DNA from: Porphyridium purpureum
Lineage: Eukaryota
DNA length: 64,000 nt
Direction of reading: 5' to 3'
Assembly (NCBI GenBank): GCA_008690995.1
Contig: VRMN01000003.1
Coordinates: 1,550,001-1,614,000, forward strand
This document shows positions 18,304 to 28,610 of the stretch, in pieces; within the stretch, counting starts at the first letter, position 1; the number at the start of each line of letters is the position of its first letter. Below the pieces are notes generated by a model that was not told the DNA's origin, did no database searches, and saw only the letters and a list, made by a program, of their open reading frames with translations. Made by a program: the position numbers and the translations under genes.

Positions 18304-20163
18304 ATGTGGATGGTGCTGGTTCGGAACAAGGCGGGCATCAGCGTTAGCGCATGTCAGCGACCCCCTCTCGGATTTGCGAACGCAGTTGTATCGTTGGTTG
18401 GGCGTCACGTACGACGACGACACGCGGCGTGTGCATTGGCCGAGAACGAGGAGAGTGGAAACAGACGAGGAAAGGTAGAGGGGCAGAACGCCAAACAATC
18501 TCATCGGCGCGTAGAAGCACGAGCGCAAGGTATTCAGTCGTTGAGAAGTCGGCAGAGTGGAGCGGTGAATACACATCTGAGGCCAATGGAAGATGACGGG
18601 TACGACGCCCTGTTGGCTGAAGAGGAACGTGCCTTGGAGGCTGGTTCAGCTGCTGCGGAGCGTGAAAATCTGTCAAAGATGAAGATTCTGAGGGATCAAA
18701 GGGAGGCAAGTGCACGAGACGCAGAGGGCGCTGCAGAGTTCGGCTCGTATGAAAGCCATGCGGTTCACCTGGCCAACTTGAATCAGTACTCGCACGTGCC
18801 GCCTGTGAGCCCTGCCATCCGAAGCGAGCCGGTGGACGTACTAGCATCAGGCTCTGCTTCGCCATCGCAATCAGACGAGAAACGTCTTGCACAGGTGCAA
18901 GCCATGCGGTATCAACTCGAGTACTACTTTTCACAGGACAACATTGTGCGCGACGAATACATCAAGAAAGTGACGGACGCGAAGTGTGGTGGCGTTGCTA
19001 TCTCTGAACTCTCCACATTTGCTCGAGTGATTATGATCGCGCGTGGTGGAAATCGCGGTGATCTCATAGCGGAGGCCGTCCAAACGTCGAAGATGCTTAC
19101 TCTGGTGCACCGTGAAGGCAGCTCGCGCACGTTTGTGAAAGCAGTGCGCCAGTACGCTGCGTCAAGTATTGAGAGGGCGGAGGGTCAAGTAAAGTCGCCT
19201 CAGAGTGGTAACACGCGGAAGAGATCCCGGTTTGAGGCGCAAAGTAATACGCGCAATTCAAGTGCAAACCAGCAGCCGCGTAACAACCAACACACGCGAG
19301 AGGAACAGGATGACTCTCTGATGCTGTGCAAGTATTTCGCTGCAGGATACTGCGACCGTGGCAAGCGATGTTCTTGGACGCATGACATGCGCCTGATAGA
19401 TCTCGTGGAGTCACAGTGGATGTCGCCCGACGACGAGAAGCTTGTTGAACGACTTCGAACCGGCGTTCGGCAGTTGAATTTACCTGATCATGTCGGAATT
19501 CCGTCGTCAAAGCTGAAAGAAATCAATGTCGGCGTGGCAAGCGGTTCAAAGTCGGAAGTGCCGTTACCATTTGACTATTTTCTTGTCGTGGACCTTGAGG
19601 GACGAGACGAAATTATTGAGTTCCCGGCTCTTCTGATGGATGCGCGGACGCTTCGCGAGCCGCCTGGTCAGAGCAGGTTTCATCACTGGGTGCGACCGAA
19701 TCGTCTTTTCCAGGGCAAGATGAGCGTCAATCCCGGCGTCAAGGCAAATCCCAAGTCGCGTGCGGTCGATTTTTCAGTGGTGGTGCGTGACCTAGATGAG
19801 TGGCTTTGCAAGCAGGTGGGTGTCGACGTGGTTCGCGAGAATCGCGTGTTGGTGGTCACTTGTGGTGACTGGGATATGAAAACGGCCGTCTTTAGGCAGT
19901 GCGGACTGGCTGGCATCAATCACCGCGACCTGCCGCGATACTTGAGGCAGTGGGCAAACATCAAGGTAATCTATAACGGCTTTTACAAGACGCGTCGCCC
20001 GGTGACCGGAATGAAGGGCATGTTGTATGGCCTGTTCGGTGGCGAACTGCTGGGTATGCATCACCTCGGCATGCATGATACATTTAATATTGCCCGCGTT
20101 GTCGCAAGAGTTGTGTCAGATGGTACGCAAATGCGAGTAACCAACGGTTTCCCCGACAAGTAA
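18304..20163 (+). CDS. La-motif + CCCH zinc finger + ERI1-like DEDDh 3'-5' exonuclease
   Basis: QLEYYFSQDNIVRDEYI (La motif); CKYFAAGYCDRGKRCSWTH (CCCH); FLVVDLEG..EIIEFP, VTCGDWD, HHLGMHDTFNIA (ERI1-type). Start uncertain (18304 or 18586). Confidence 0.85.
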   Translation: MWMVLVRNKAGISVSACQRPPLGFANAVVSLVGRHVRRRHAACALAENEESGNRRGKVEGQNAKQSHRRVEARAQGIQSLRSRQSGAVNTHLRPMEDDGYDALLAEEERALEAGSAAAERENLSKMKILRDQREASARDAEGAAEFGSYESHAVHLANLNQYSHVPPVSPAIRSEPVDVLASGSASPSQSDEKRLAQVQAMRYQLEYYFSQDNIVRDEYIKKVTDAKCGGVAISELSTFARVIMIARGGNRGDLIAEAVQTSKMLTLVHREGSSRTFVKAVRQYAASSIERAEGQVKSPQSGNTRKRSRFEAQSNTRNSSANQQPRNNQHTREEQDDSLMLCKYFAAGYCDRGKRCSWTHDMRLIDLVESQWMSPDDEKLVERLRTGVRQLNLPDHVGIPSSKLKEINVGVASGSKSEVPLPFDYFLVVDLEGRDEIIEFPALLMDARTLREPPGQSRFHHWVRPNRLFQGKMSVNPGVKANPKSRAVDFSVVVRDLDEWLCKQVGVDVVRENRVLVVTCGDWDMKTAVFRQCGLAGINHRDLPRYLRQWANIKVIYNGFYKTRRPVTGMKGMLYGLFGGELLGMHHLGMHDTFNIARVVARVVSDGTQMRVTNGFPDK

Positions 20164-20263
20164 ACAACGTACGCACTCTTTACTATCAAAGTGCCAGTCA
20201 CACACCAAGCCAGACGACCATTCCGGTCCGTCGCTAAAATGGTCACCGGAAGTATTCCTCCGC

Positions 20264-20494
20264 TTAAAAGCCGCGAGCTTGTCTCCGCATAAGCACGCGG
20301 AAATTCTCCATCTCTCGTTTCATCTTCATCGTGTATTCGCGGTGCTCGCGCTCCTGTCGACGCTTGTCACATGGCTTCGTGTATCGATCGTGCGACCACA
20401 CGCCTACCATGGTACCCTCCCCGTGCATCTTCTTCTTCAGCACCCGCAGCGCCATGTCCACGTTGTCGCGGTAGATCTTGATGCGCAGCGTCAT
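20264..20494 (-). CDS. rps21: Ribosomal protein bS21 (likely mitochondrial)
   Basis: IKIYRDNVDMALRVLKKKM..EG...RYTKPCDKRR. Confidence 0.85.
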   Translation of the reverse strand: MTLRIKIYRDNVDMALRVLKKKMHGEGTMVGVWSHDRYTKPCDKRRQEREHREYTMKMKREMENFRVLMRRQARGF

Positions 20495-20627
20495 CTTGCC
20501 CGCCACACACACTCACCAAGTTGCGGCTACACTTTCTCCTGCGCTTCCCGGACCCCGAGTCGCTGTCGCTTGTGGAATTTCTACTTGTCGCGGCAGGAAA
20601 ATACTCTCCGGAGTGCGCGTGAAGGTT

Positions 20628-23600
20628 ATGGATCATTCTGAAGAGGAGAGCACAAGAGGCAGGAATTCATTCAGTCGAGGCAACGCCAGTGGCACCGTTC
20701 CGCACGCCAGCGCCAGCGCTAGCGCCTGCGGTCGTGGAGGCGCCAATGTAAAGCGAAAAGCAGGTATTGACAATGGGCAAGCTGGCTCAGCACGCACCAG
20801 CAAGGTTGGGCGACATCTGGCAGAGAGCGTCACTCGTGAACGCGTGTTCGGGGTGACGGCCGACGTGATTCTGCGTGAAGAGCGAGATGACTCGAATATG
20901 TGGCCAAATGGTAAGGCCAAAGGCAGACCGTTCGGTTTTATCAAGAACAAAGTGCCTGCGAAACTGCGGCCCAAGCTTGCCGAGGCCAACCTGCTGTATC
21001 TGGAGAACAAGCTCGACGAGGCGCTGGTTGCGACGCAGAATCTGTTGCACGATTGCGGTGCGCGCTCTTCGTATGAGGCGTGGTTGCTTCTGGCCAATAT
21101 TTATAAGGATATGGGAAAGTTGAGGCTAATGATCAACGCAGAGCTGATGGCGGCTGATTTGCGATGGGGCGATCCGGACCTATGGGCCACTGTCGCACAG
21201 CAGGCCAGCACTCATGGCATGTACAAAGAAGCTTGGGACGCGCTGAAGGGCATGATATCCGCCTCAACCGCGGGACAGGATCAACTGGGCCACGGCCATC
21301 GAATGCGCGCAGAGCTTTACGTGACCGTTCCCATCATCTACTTGGAGCGAACATTTGAAACGAACTCGAACGCAAGCACAGCTGCCATGAAAAGCGCGCA
21401 GTACGCGTTGCAGCGTGAACCATATAGTGTGGAATGCGCATATTTTCTTCTTAGGGCTGACAAGGGCATCAAAAAGCCTGACGCCAAAGCTTCAAATGAG
21501 TCGTCAAAGTGGCTCGCTACGCTACACACTGCATTAAGTATTGTGGCCGAAAGTGTGACCGAAATGAATCCAGGAAGCGATTTGTTCTATAGCGCGGTTG
21601 AGCTGCAGCTCGAGCTGGCCCTCATTCTTGGATTACACATGATCAAGGAACGCATGTTTACCCAAGGCACTTTGCACCTGACGAGCCAGACACACATACT
21701 TTCTGTCCGTAGTAGAGCGGCATCGGCACAGGCCTTGCCAGGCCCATTGTTTGAACTCAAGGCCGAAGCGTTGCGCGTAGCCACATCCATTTGCCGTTCC
21801 TGTCAGGTACTCGACTCCACAGACGCCTTGAGGAAGATGAGTTGTCTGGCGCAATCGATGCTTACCCGCCTGGAGTCCCTTGAGCGAGATGGTACCGTGT
21901 CTGTACTTGACGTGCGTGTGCGCTTCTTGCACAATCTCTTACTGCTTGTCGCAGCGACTTTGTGCGCCCGCTCTGATGAGCTTGAAGGTCTTGCGGAGCT
22001 AGCTCATCGTTTGCGTGAGACCGTGCACTGTGCGGCGTATACCGAGCCATCCCTGCTGGACGTTGGCCGGAGCCCGGACGAGCGCAATCATTTACAGGGT
22101 TTACCTGCCTGCGAGGCAGCCCATTTTCGGCCTTTGGTCGCACTCATTACAATCACACAGTATTTTTACAGGCAAGTGTCTGACGTGACCTGCAAAGATG
22201 CGGTCGCGGTACTTTTAGAGTATGTGGAAGGGTGCTCGCCACAGTCTGGCACCAGCAGTGAACTTACACAAAGTATTCAGACATTGCTCTCCGGGCTTGC
22301 CTCGGCGGAAAATGAGAGTGCCATTCGAAAGCTCCTGAGGCATGTTATGCAAAACGATTTTTTCAGGATTGTAGCAGAAGCTGACGCATTACTACCTTTC
22401 AGCAGAATTTCAATCCTTGACCCCAGCTGCAGCTTGCTGGACGCAGAGATTGTCTCTCTATGTCAGACTGTGGCGAATGATATGTTGGCAAACATAATGG
22501 GAATCGCACGAGGTGAAGTTTCGGTATTCTCAAGCGCAAATCGTGACGGCGCCGATGGAAGTCTCCGTGGGTTAAGCGAAAACGGGATCAAAGTGATAGA
22601 GTTACTCTTTCTTAGCCCGTTTGTTCAAGCTTGCAAAATTTCAGCGTATGAATGCGTCGCACAACAAGTTGCTGCTCTTTCGGACCCCAAGGTTGGACTG
22701 CCCTCGCAATGTGCGCAGAAGGGCGTTGTCATGCCTGTCGTCATTGACCGCGTGGTGTACGAATTATGGACGCGCATGGGCCCCCGCTCTTTCTTGGAAC
22801 TCGTACGCTGGTACCTCGTGCAGGCCGAGCCCGAAGTACAGCAGCGTCTCCTTGCGTGGAAAGATGGCGAAGAGGTGGCTGCACCACTAAGAAACATTTC
22901 TGCTCGCGTTTTTGCGCTGCCATCGCCCTTGCTGGCCTGGTTGCTCTCATTCGCCAAGTGCGCTGAACTCATGCTCCTGAGGGAGGACTTCTCGTCCGCT
23001 CTCAAGTCCCTACGAGACATGCGCGGATACTCAGCTGCGCTTTTCCCCTATCAGGCGGTGCTTCTCGGCGCAACTACCATGTATTTGTTCGGGAGCAATG
23101 AAGGTACTTTTGATCGGCGATTCGGCCTTCATGTGGTCCAAGCGCTGATGGCATACTTGGACATCATTTCCTCAATAGAGAAGCCGCTGGGCTCATTCCC
23201 TTGCAATGTGTCTGACAGGCGCTTTCTTTTTGAGACAGGAGGCCGAGCAAAGCCAAATCGCGTTGCTTCTTTTGTTCTTGGGCAAGTTAAAATGTTGAGA
23301 CGGCATTTGGCCGAGGCCGAGACGATTTGGGACGCTCTGGCGGAAGACTTGGAATCTGAGCCTCTAGTGCACTTTTTCGCGTCTGTTTGCAGCTTTGCGC
23401 TGGTATCCGCTGATCGTGTGACCAATCGAAATGCCAGCATTCTACGAGGCATGCGAGCTCTGGACAGGTATGAGGAGCAGCGACAGAAGCGTCATCAAGG
23501 CGGGGAGACAGGAGGGCCATCGCTGCTCGAAAAGGAGATCGAAATTCTGTACAATCGAGGTCGCGCATTCCAGGCGGCCGGGCGGAATGATCTTGCCTCG

Positions 23601-23768
23601 CACATGTACATGAAGGCCATGGAGCTTGACATTTCGCAGGAAACATGCTTAAAGCAGGATTTACGAAGAGAGTGTGCATACAACTTGCTGGCTATTTCTC
23701 AAACAAACGGTGATGGAGAAATGAGCGACCAACTGGCCTCTTGTCTTGAAAGTCATCTCGCGCTATGA
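20628..23768 (+). CDS. TFC4: TFIIIC TPR subunit Tfc4/GTF3C3-like
   Basis: N-terminal TPRs (LAEANLLY, AWLLLANIY); C-terminal NRNASILRG..., EILYNRGRAFQ..G...LA..Y..A, LRRECAYNL. Confidence 0.8.
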   Translation: MDHSEEESTRGRNSFSRGNASGTVPHASASASACGRGGANVKRKAGIDNGQAGSARTSKVGRHLAESVTRERVFGVTADVILREERDDSNMWPNGKAKGRPFGFIKNKVPAKLRPKLAEANLLYLENKLDEALVATQNLLHDCGARSSYEAWLLLANIYKDMGKLRLMINAELMAADLRWGDPDLWATVAQQASTHGMYKEAWDALKGMISASTAGQDQLGHGHRMRAELYVTVPIIYLERTFETNSNASTAAMKSAQYALQREPYSVECAYFLLRADKGIKKPDAKASNESSKWLATLHTALSIVAESVTEMNPGSDLFYSAVELQLELALILGLHMIKERMFTQGTLHLTSQTHILSVRSRAASAQALPGPLFELKAEALRVATSICRSCQVLDSTDALRKMSCLAQSMLTRLESLERDGTVSVLDVRVRFLHNLLLLVAATLCARSDELEGLAELAHRLRETVHCAAYTEPSLLDVGRSPDERNHLQGLPACEAAHFRPLVALITITQYFYRQVSDVTCKDAVAVLLEYVEGCSPQSGTSSELTQSIQTLLSGLASAENESAIRKLLRHVMQNDFFRIVAEADALLPFSRISILDPSCSLLDAEIVSLCQTVANDMLANIMGIARGEVSVFSSANRDGADGSLRGLSENGIKVIELLFLSPFVQACKISAYECVAQQVAALSDPKVGLPSQCAQKGVVMPVVIDRVVYELWTRMGPRSFLELVRWYLVQAEPEVQQRLLAWKDGEEVAAPLRNISARVFALPSPLLAWLLSFAKCAELMLLREDFSSALKSLRDMRGYSAALFPYQAVLLGATTMYLFGSNEGTFDRRFGLHVVQALMAYLDIISSIEKPLGSFPCNVSDRRFLFETGGRAKPNRVASFVLGQVKMLRRHLAEAETIWDALAEDLESEPLVHFFASVCSFALVSADRVTNRNASILRGMRALDRYEEQRQKRHQGGETGGPSLLEKEIEILYNRGRAFQAAGRNDLASHMYMKAMELDISQETCLKQDLRRECAYNLLAISQTNGDGEMSDQLASCLESHLAL

Positions 23769-23996
23769 ATACTTCCAGTGATCTGAAATCGAATATCATG
23801 GACATAGTCTCCGCATGAGCAAACGCATGGAAACGTGCTCTGATCCTTAGCGTTCGCGAGGCAGACAGTGCAAATAGAATTAAATGGAAGAAACATGGGT
23901 TGGAGCACAGTCACATGACGATATGGTGATCCACAGGTCAGCAGAAAAAAGGCGGAAAATATTGGTGTCACGTTGGCCGCGCGCACACGCAGAACA

Positions 23997-25265
23997 TTAT
24001 GACAATCCGTGTCCCTTTTCGACATTCCTACTCCGGCTTCCGTATCCCCTGTTACGTTTCCTGCCCTCCGCTCGATATCCGTCGTGTTCTGGGCGAGAGC
24101 GCTTGCCAGTGTGCGTAGGGGGCCCACTCTGGCTCTGAAAAGCGTCTCGATGAATCACGCTTTGGCGAGACGATCGAGTGGCGGCGATTTCTACCAGCTT
24201 TTTCCTAATCAATAGAAACGCGTGATGCAGTCTCCCCGAAAAATGAGAATCAATCTGCGCAGCCGTACGTGCACTGCAACTCAGGAAACCGCTGCACACA
24301 TCACACACGCGCATCTGATTTGCTGGCACGTTATCCTTTTCTTCACGTGTTTCTGCAGTGCGCTGTTGCTCTGGTGAAGATTGTCGCTGCAATGCAAGTG
24401 TCGCTGCTTCTTCCACTTCACCATCTTCAAGCTCTTCACGCTGTGTGTTCACGCACCCATCATCGTTATCAGGCCAACCCACGCAACGCTCTTTCTCGGG
24501 AGGCTCTTGTACTTGTGATTCTTTGCTGGCATCGTTCGCACAGCCTCCAGCAGAGCTTTCCACGCCAGTGTCTAGCACTGTAATGCATCCAACATCATGC
24601 ATTTTCTTCCATTCATTCGCATCAACCTTCGCCACCGGTGCAAAAGCCGGGTCTAACGAAAGTCCATGGTCATTCCTCTCCAATTCATCTTCAGAAATCA
24701 CAAGCTTCTCGTCTGCCGCTGCCGAATTCAGCGACAAAGGAACACCCGGGTCGCTCACAAGCATTGTTTGCGGCTCATCACTTATTCCGTATTCTACTCG
24801 TAGTCGCTCCAGCCTTTTGGCAATCCTGCGCTCTACATCATTTACCAACTCTTGACACGCCCGCTCGCATACCCGCTCGTGCTGGAGAAGCTTTGATGGC
24901 GCAGCAACGTCGCGGTCAGAGCTCTTGCGTCGAGCATCAGTTCCAGTGCTGTTGAAGTGTTTGTAGTCACGCATGAACTGATCTCGCACAAACTCAGAGT
25001 GAAGATGTGCGCATGCACCGCGCTGAAGTTTTGTGTTTGCAAACACGTCATTCAAGCAAACGCCGAAAAGAAAGCCAGAGCATACTCGTTCATCAGCATA
25101 CGCACACGTCATTTCTGGCTGCAGAGCCGGCGGCGTGTGTCGCGCGCGCTCGTGCAGCGGCAGCCGCCGCGAATGGCGTTGCCCCACAAGTTCGACCCCG
25201 CCATCTCGGTCGTGCCCCATCAAGGCGTCCAGCTGCGCACGCACCGCATCATACGCCCCGCCCAT
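23997..25265 (-). CDS. LUC7: LUC7-like U1 snRNP protein
   Basis: RAQLDALMG, VCSGFLFGVCLNDVFANTK..GAC..LH, MRVCDVCSGFL...HFSGRLH. Confidence 0.92.
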   Translation of the reverse strand: MGGAYDAVRAQLDALMGHDRDGGVELVGQRHSRRLPLHERARHTPPALQPEMTCAYADERVCSGFLFGVCLNDVFANTKLQRGACAHLHSEFVRDQFMRDYKHFNSTGTDARRKSSDRDVAAPSKLLQHERVCERACQELVNDVERRIAKRLERLRVEYGISDEPQTMLVSDPGVPLSLNSAAADEKLVISEDELERNDHGLSLDPAFAPVAKVDANEWKKMHDVGCITVLDTGVESSAGGCANDASKESQVQEPPEKERCVGWPDNDDGCVNTQREELEDGEVEEAATLALQRQSSPEQQRTAETREEKDNVPANQMRVCDVCSGFLSCSARTAAQIDSHFSGRLHHAFLLIRKKLVEIAATRSSRQSVIHRDAFQSQSGPPTHTGKRSRPEHDGYRAEGRKRNRGYGSRSRNVEKGHGLS

Positions 25266-26410
25266 CTTTCAAGTCGACAACTTGGCAAAGCATGCACATG
25301 AATCTGCTCTGAGCGCGAAGCTTTCGTGACCGTACGCCAGGAAGGTTGACAGACAGGCGTTTCATGTTTCTGTCGTTCGGGGATGTCAAACTTTTCGCTT
25401 TGCAAGTGAAATCTCTAGGGCCGGAAACTCGACGACAATGACCATACCTTAGAGGCTGAATTGCAGTGCAGGAACTGTGCTCGGCTGGGGATGCTCTCGT
25501 ATTTTCCACCGCATTGCACGGCGAGAGTGCTTCGATAAACACAGATGCACAAAGTTTTATAGTGCTCTGTCCGAGCATATCCGACGAGGATTCCGTCTGC
25601 TTGTCGAGTTTGGCTGTGTTGGAGCGCTTTAAAATGCCGGCTAGTTTTGAGGGCAATGGCCAGACAACCACTACGCCGTGTTGGATTGTCGTGTTTAAAC
25701 GAAGGATAAAAAAAAATGTCGGCCTTGACGCTATCATGAGCTCGGGTAAAAACCGTGTAGGAAGAAAAGACCCGAGGCTTAAACCATTACCGCTCCATGA
25801 GAAAGGCGACAAAATAAAAAGTAAAAAGGAAAGAACACGTTGAAACGCAAGCCGTCATGCTCCGCGCATGAAGCCAGACTCATCTGGTACCAAAACAAGA
25901 TATGACATTCACCGCGACACATGATCATCATACTTTGCTTCGCATGTGTTTGCAGCAGAACAATAGAATTCCTTAGCATGAGCTACTTCGCGACTACGTC
26001 CCCTATGCGCACCGACCGAAGACCTACGGAATGTCCATTGGTCGCGAACGGACACGGGGGGTGCCACTGCAATGGGCAACTGCAAGGAACAGTACATGCC
26101 GCACTCTACATGAATCCGCAGCTCACCGAGTGCCTGCTGCTCACCTGAAAGAGGCAGATGCACAGCGCTGTTCCGGCGCGGCAGCTTGCGGCGCGCATGG
26201 CATGGTGAATTATCCGCATCTCTTCGCTTTGCGTGGCTCAAACTTCATGCCACGACGCCAAGCACGTCGTTTCGAGCAGATGTTTAAAGTTCGCGGGTGT
26301 TTTTTAAACGTTTGTCTCTATAATTTAATGCACTGTACCGAAGCGGCCATGTTTCGCACGACGTGACCGACTGCGGCTGGTATCGGAGAGAGCGCAAAGG
26401 CTTCGCGAGT

Positions 26411-27221
26411 ATGTCGTCAACGAAACTTTGCGACATTTGCAGCGCAGCAGAGAGCAGGTACCGGTGCCCGACATGCGCAACAAGAACGTACGTTGTGAGA
26501 ATGCGTCCAAAGCTAGGCCGCGAAGCTTGTTCTTCGTCGACAGAAAAGGTCGACGCGTGAGACGGCAAAGCAGGATGGCGGATAACTGATGCGTGTGCTG
26601 TGTGTGTTGCTATGTTTATCCGATGTCGCGGAATCAAGGTGCTCTTTGGCCTGCTCCAAGGCGCACAAAGAACAGCTCAATTGCGTCGCGCCTAAGCAGA
26701 CGCACAAACGAGCATTGGACGCATATCGGCAGCTCCGGAAAGAATATCCTGACCGATTGTACGTTTTTCAGCTCTGCGTGCGGGAAGTTTTGTTTCTTGT
26801 GCTACAAAGTGCTTTGCACTCGGATTTGCCTGTTTGTGACGTCCACTTCTGACCAAATTTGACCCAATTTGGGTTTTTGCTCTCGCTGCTGTTTGTTGTT
26901 CTTGTTCACAGACCGTATGACGAACCCAGAGAAAATGTGGCATCGGCGAGCAAACTAGATTCCGGACTGTCTTTGAGACCAGACCCAGAAATATCGTCTG
27001 CAGACAGACCGTCCCAGTTGCGCGCGGACCAAATGACTGCCCTGAATCGGAATGCGGAAATTCAGCGGTGCTTGGAGAGCGAGCGGATTCAGGCCCAGAT
27101 TGTGTCTTTGTTGTCCATGGAAGATCCATACCCGACATTGGAGAACCAAATCGATCATGATCCGGTCTTTGCGTTTCTTGCGGACAGCATTCTGAACGCA
27201 CTGAACCGGCCGTCGCCGTAG
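26411..27221 (+). CDS. zf-HIT protein (HIT1/ZNHIT3-like); exons 26411-26487, 26639-26758, 26912-27221
   Basis: Splicing two GTACGT...AG introns (151 and 153 nt) gives CDIC...YRCPTCATRTCSLACSKAHK and the Hit1-like C-terminus (L...AEIQRCL...DPVFAFLADSIL); 168 aa. Confidence 0.85.
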
Positions 27222-27464
27222 ATTCTCAACACACCAAGGCGCCGCACTGCTCTTGGACGTGACTGTCGGCCTGCTCTAGCTCATCTGCAATACAGCCCTC
27301 TGCGGACGTGTGTCCCGCTGCCGAATCGAGTCACCAACTCGATCCGACACACACAGCACATGGAACCAACAAGCTCGAGGTGTAGTCAAGGTTTCAGACC
27401 CGATACCTTAACGGTTTAACTCAGCAAATCGGATTTTCGTCCAGTAGTCGTTTAGAATAAAATA

Positions 27465-28312
27465 ATAAAATGACCCCGTTTTATTTTGTACTTCACACAC
27501 TCGTGGCAGTTCGTTTGTGAACGGTACTGTGCTGATTCGTGATCGGTTCAAACGGCGAATGCAAGTGTGCGGGAGCGCCGACCGATGTGCACTGTGCTCG
27601 CGGCCCTGAGCATCCCATGGCAGTCGACATGCAGCGTCGGCGACTGCCGTGTATTCAGTGCCTGGCCGAGAGCGATAAAATATTGGTGCTTATCACTGGA
27701 AACGATGTCACACACAGTAGTAGCAAGTATACGGCGTGCTAGCGCGCTCACTTCTGCCTCGTGAGAGAGCGCCGATTCCACACAAACCAAATCGTGGATC
27801 AAAAGATTTTGTTCAAGGATCTTTGCACGAACGAACACTCCAATGGCTTTGACTGCAGATGTTGAGCAATCAAGGCATTCATACCTGATTCTGTGTAGGA
27901 AAGAAACCATTAGGAACTCAGTGCTGACTTTGGCGACGAGATCACGAGGATGCACAGTAGGACGCCTTCCCGGGAGGCAACGAGATGGTGGACCAGACAA
28001 CATCCATGGTATTAAAGTCTTGCGACGGAACAAGCGATCATGGTCGCCGCTGACGAGATCGTCACAGTCCATGAACCAGCTGCAACTCACTTGACCCGTG
28101 AGACGAATCACGCAATAATGTGCGCCGATAAGCCGGTACCAGATATTCAGTAATTCGAGCCTCACGTGATAGAAGAATGTGTCTCGCAAAAGCATGCTTG
28201 CTTATTAGACCTTTCTCCGACATACTAAAACACCTCCATTTAATCGAAAAATGAGTTGAGAAAACGGAAACGGTCGGCACGAGAAGTGCATAGTACCATG
28301 GGGTCATTTTAT
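27465..28312. repeat. 13-bp perfect inverted repeat bounding an ~850-bp segment without a recognisable gene
   Basis: ATAAAATGACCCC (27465-27477) and GGGGTCATTTTAT (28300-28312). Confidence 0.5.
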
Positions 28313-28610
28313 GATGGTCTTTCAAATTTACAGTTGCTGGACTTCGCCTTTCGCATTTTGATCGTGCACTTGGAGACTGACAGCGCCGCGCGTGTCTGCC
28401 GATCAAGCGATGTGACAGTCGATCCAAGACCTCGTGAAGGTTCTCAGAAGGTTGGTTGGGTGGCATAGAGGCGCGCTCGTGCCCGGCATTCAGGCGTTGA
28501 GGCATACGCTCTTTTGTTGGTCAGCGGGCCTGACATTGTACGTTGCCATCCACAGTTTGCAGTGGCGCTCGCAAGACTTCGGCGTGGAGAAGGGCTGGAG
28601 TGGTGAAAAC

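Noticed and set aside
27548..28505. ORFs 27548..28195 and 28062..28505 as a transposase
   Set aside because: No DDE, HTH, RT or integrase motifs recognisable in the frames examined.
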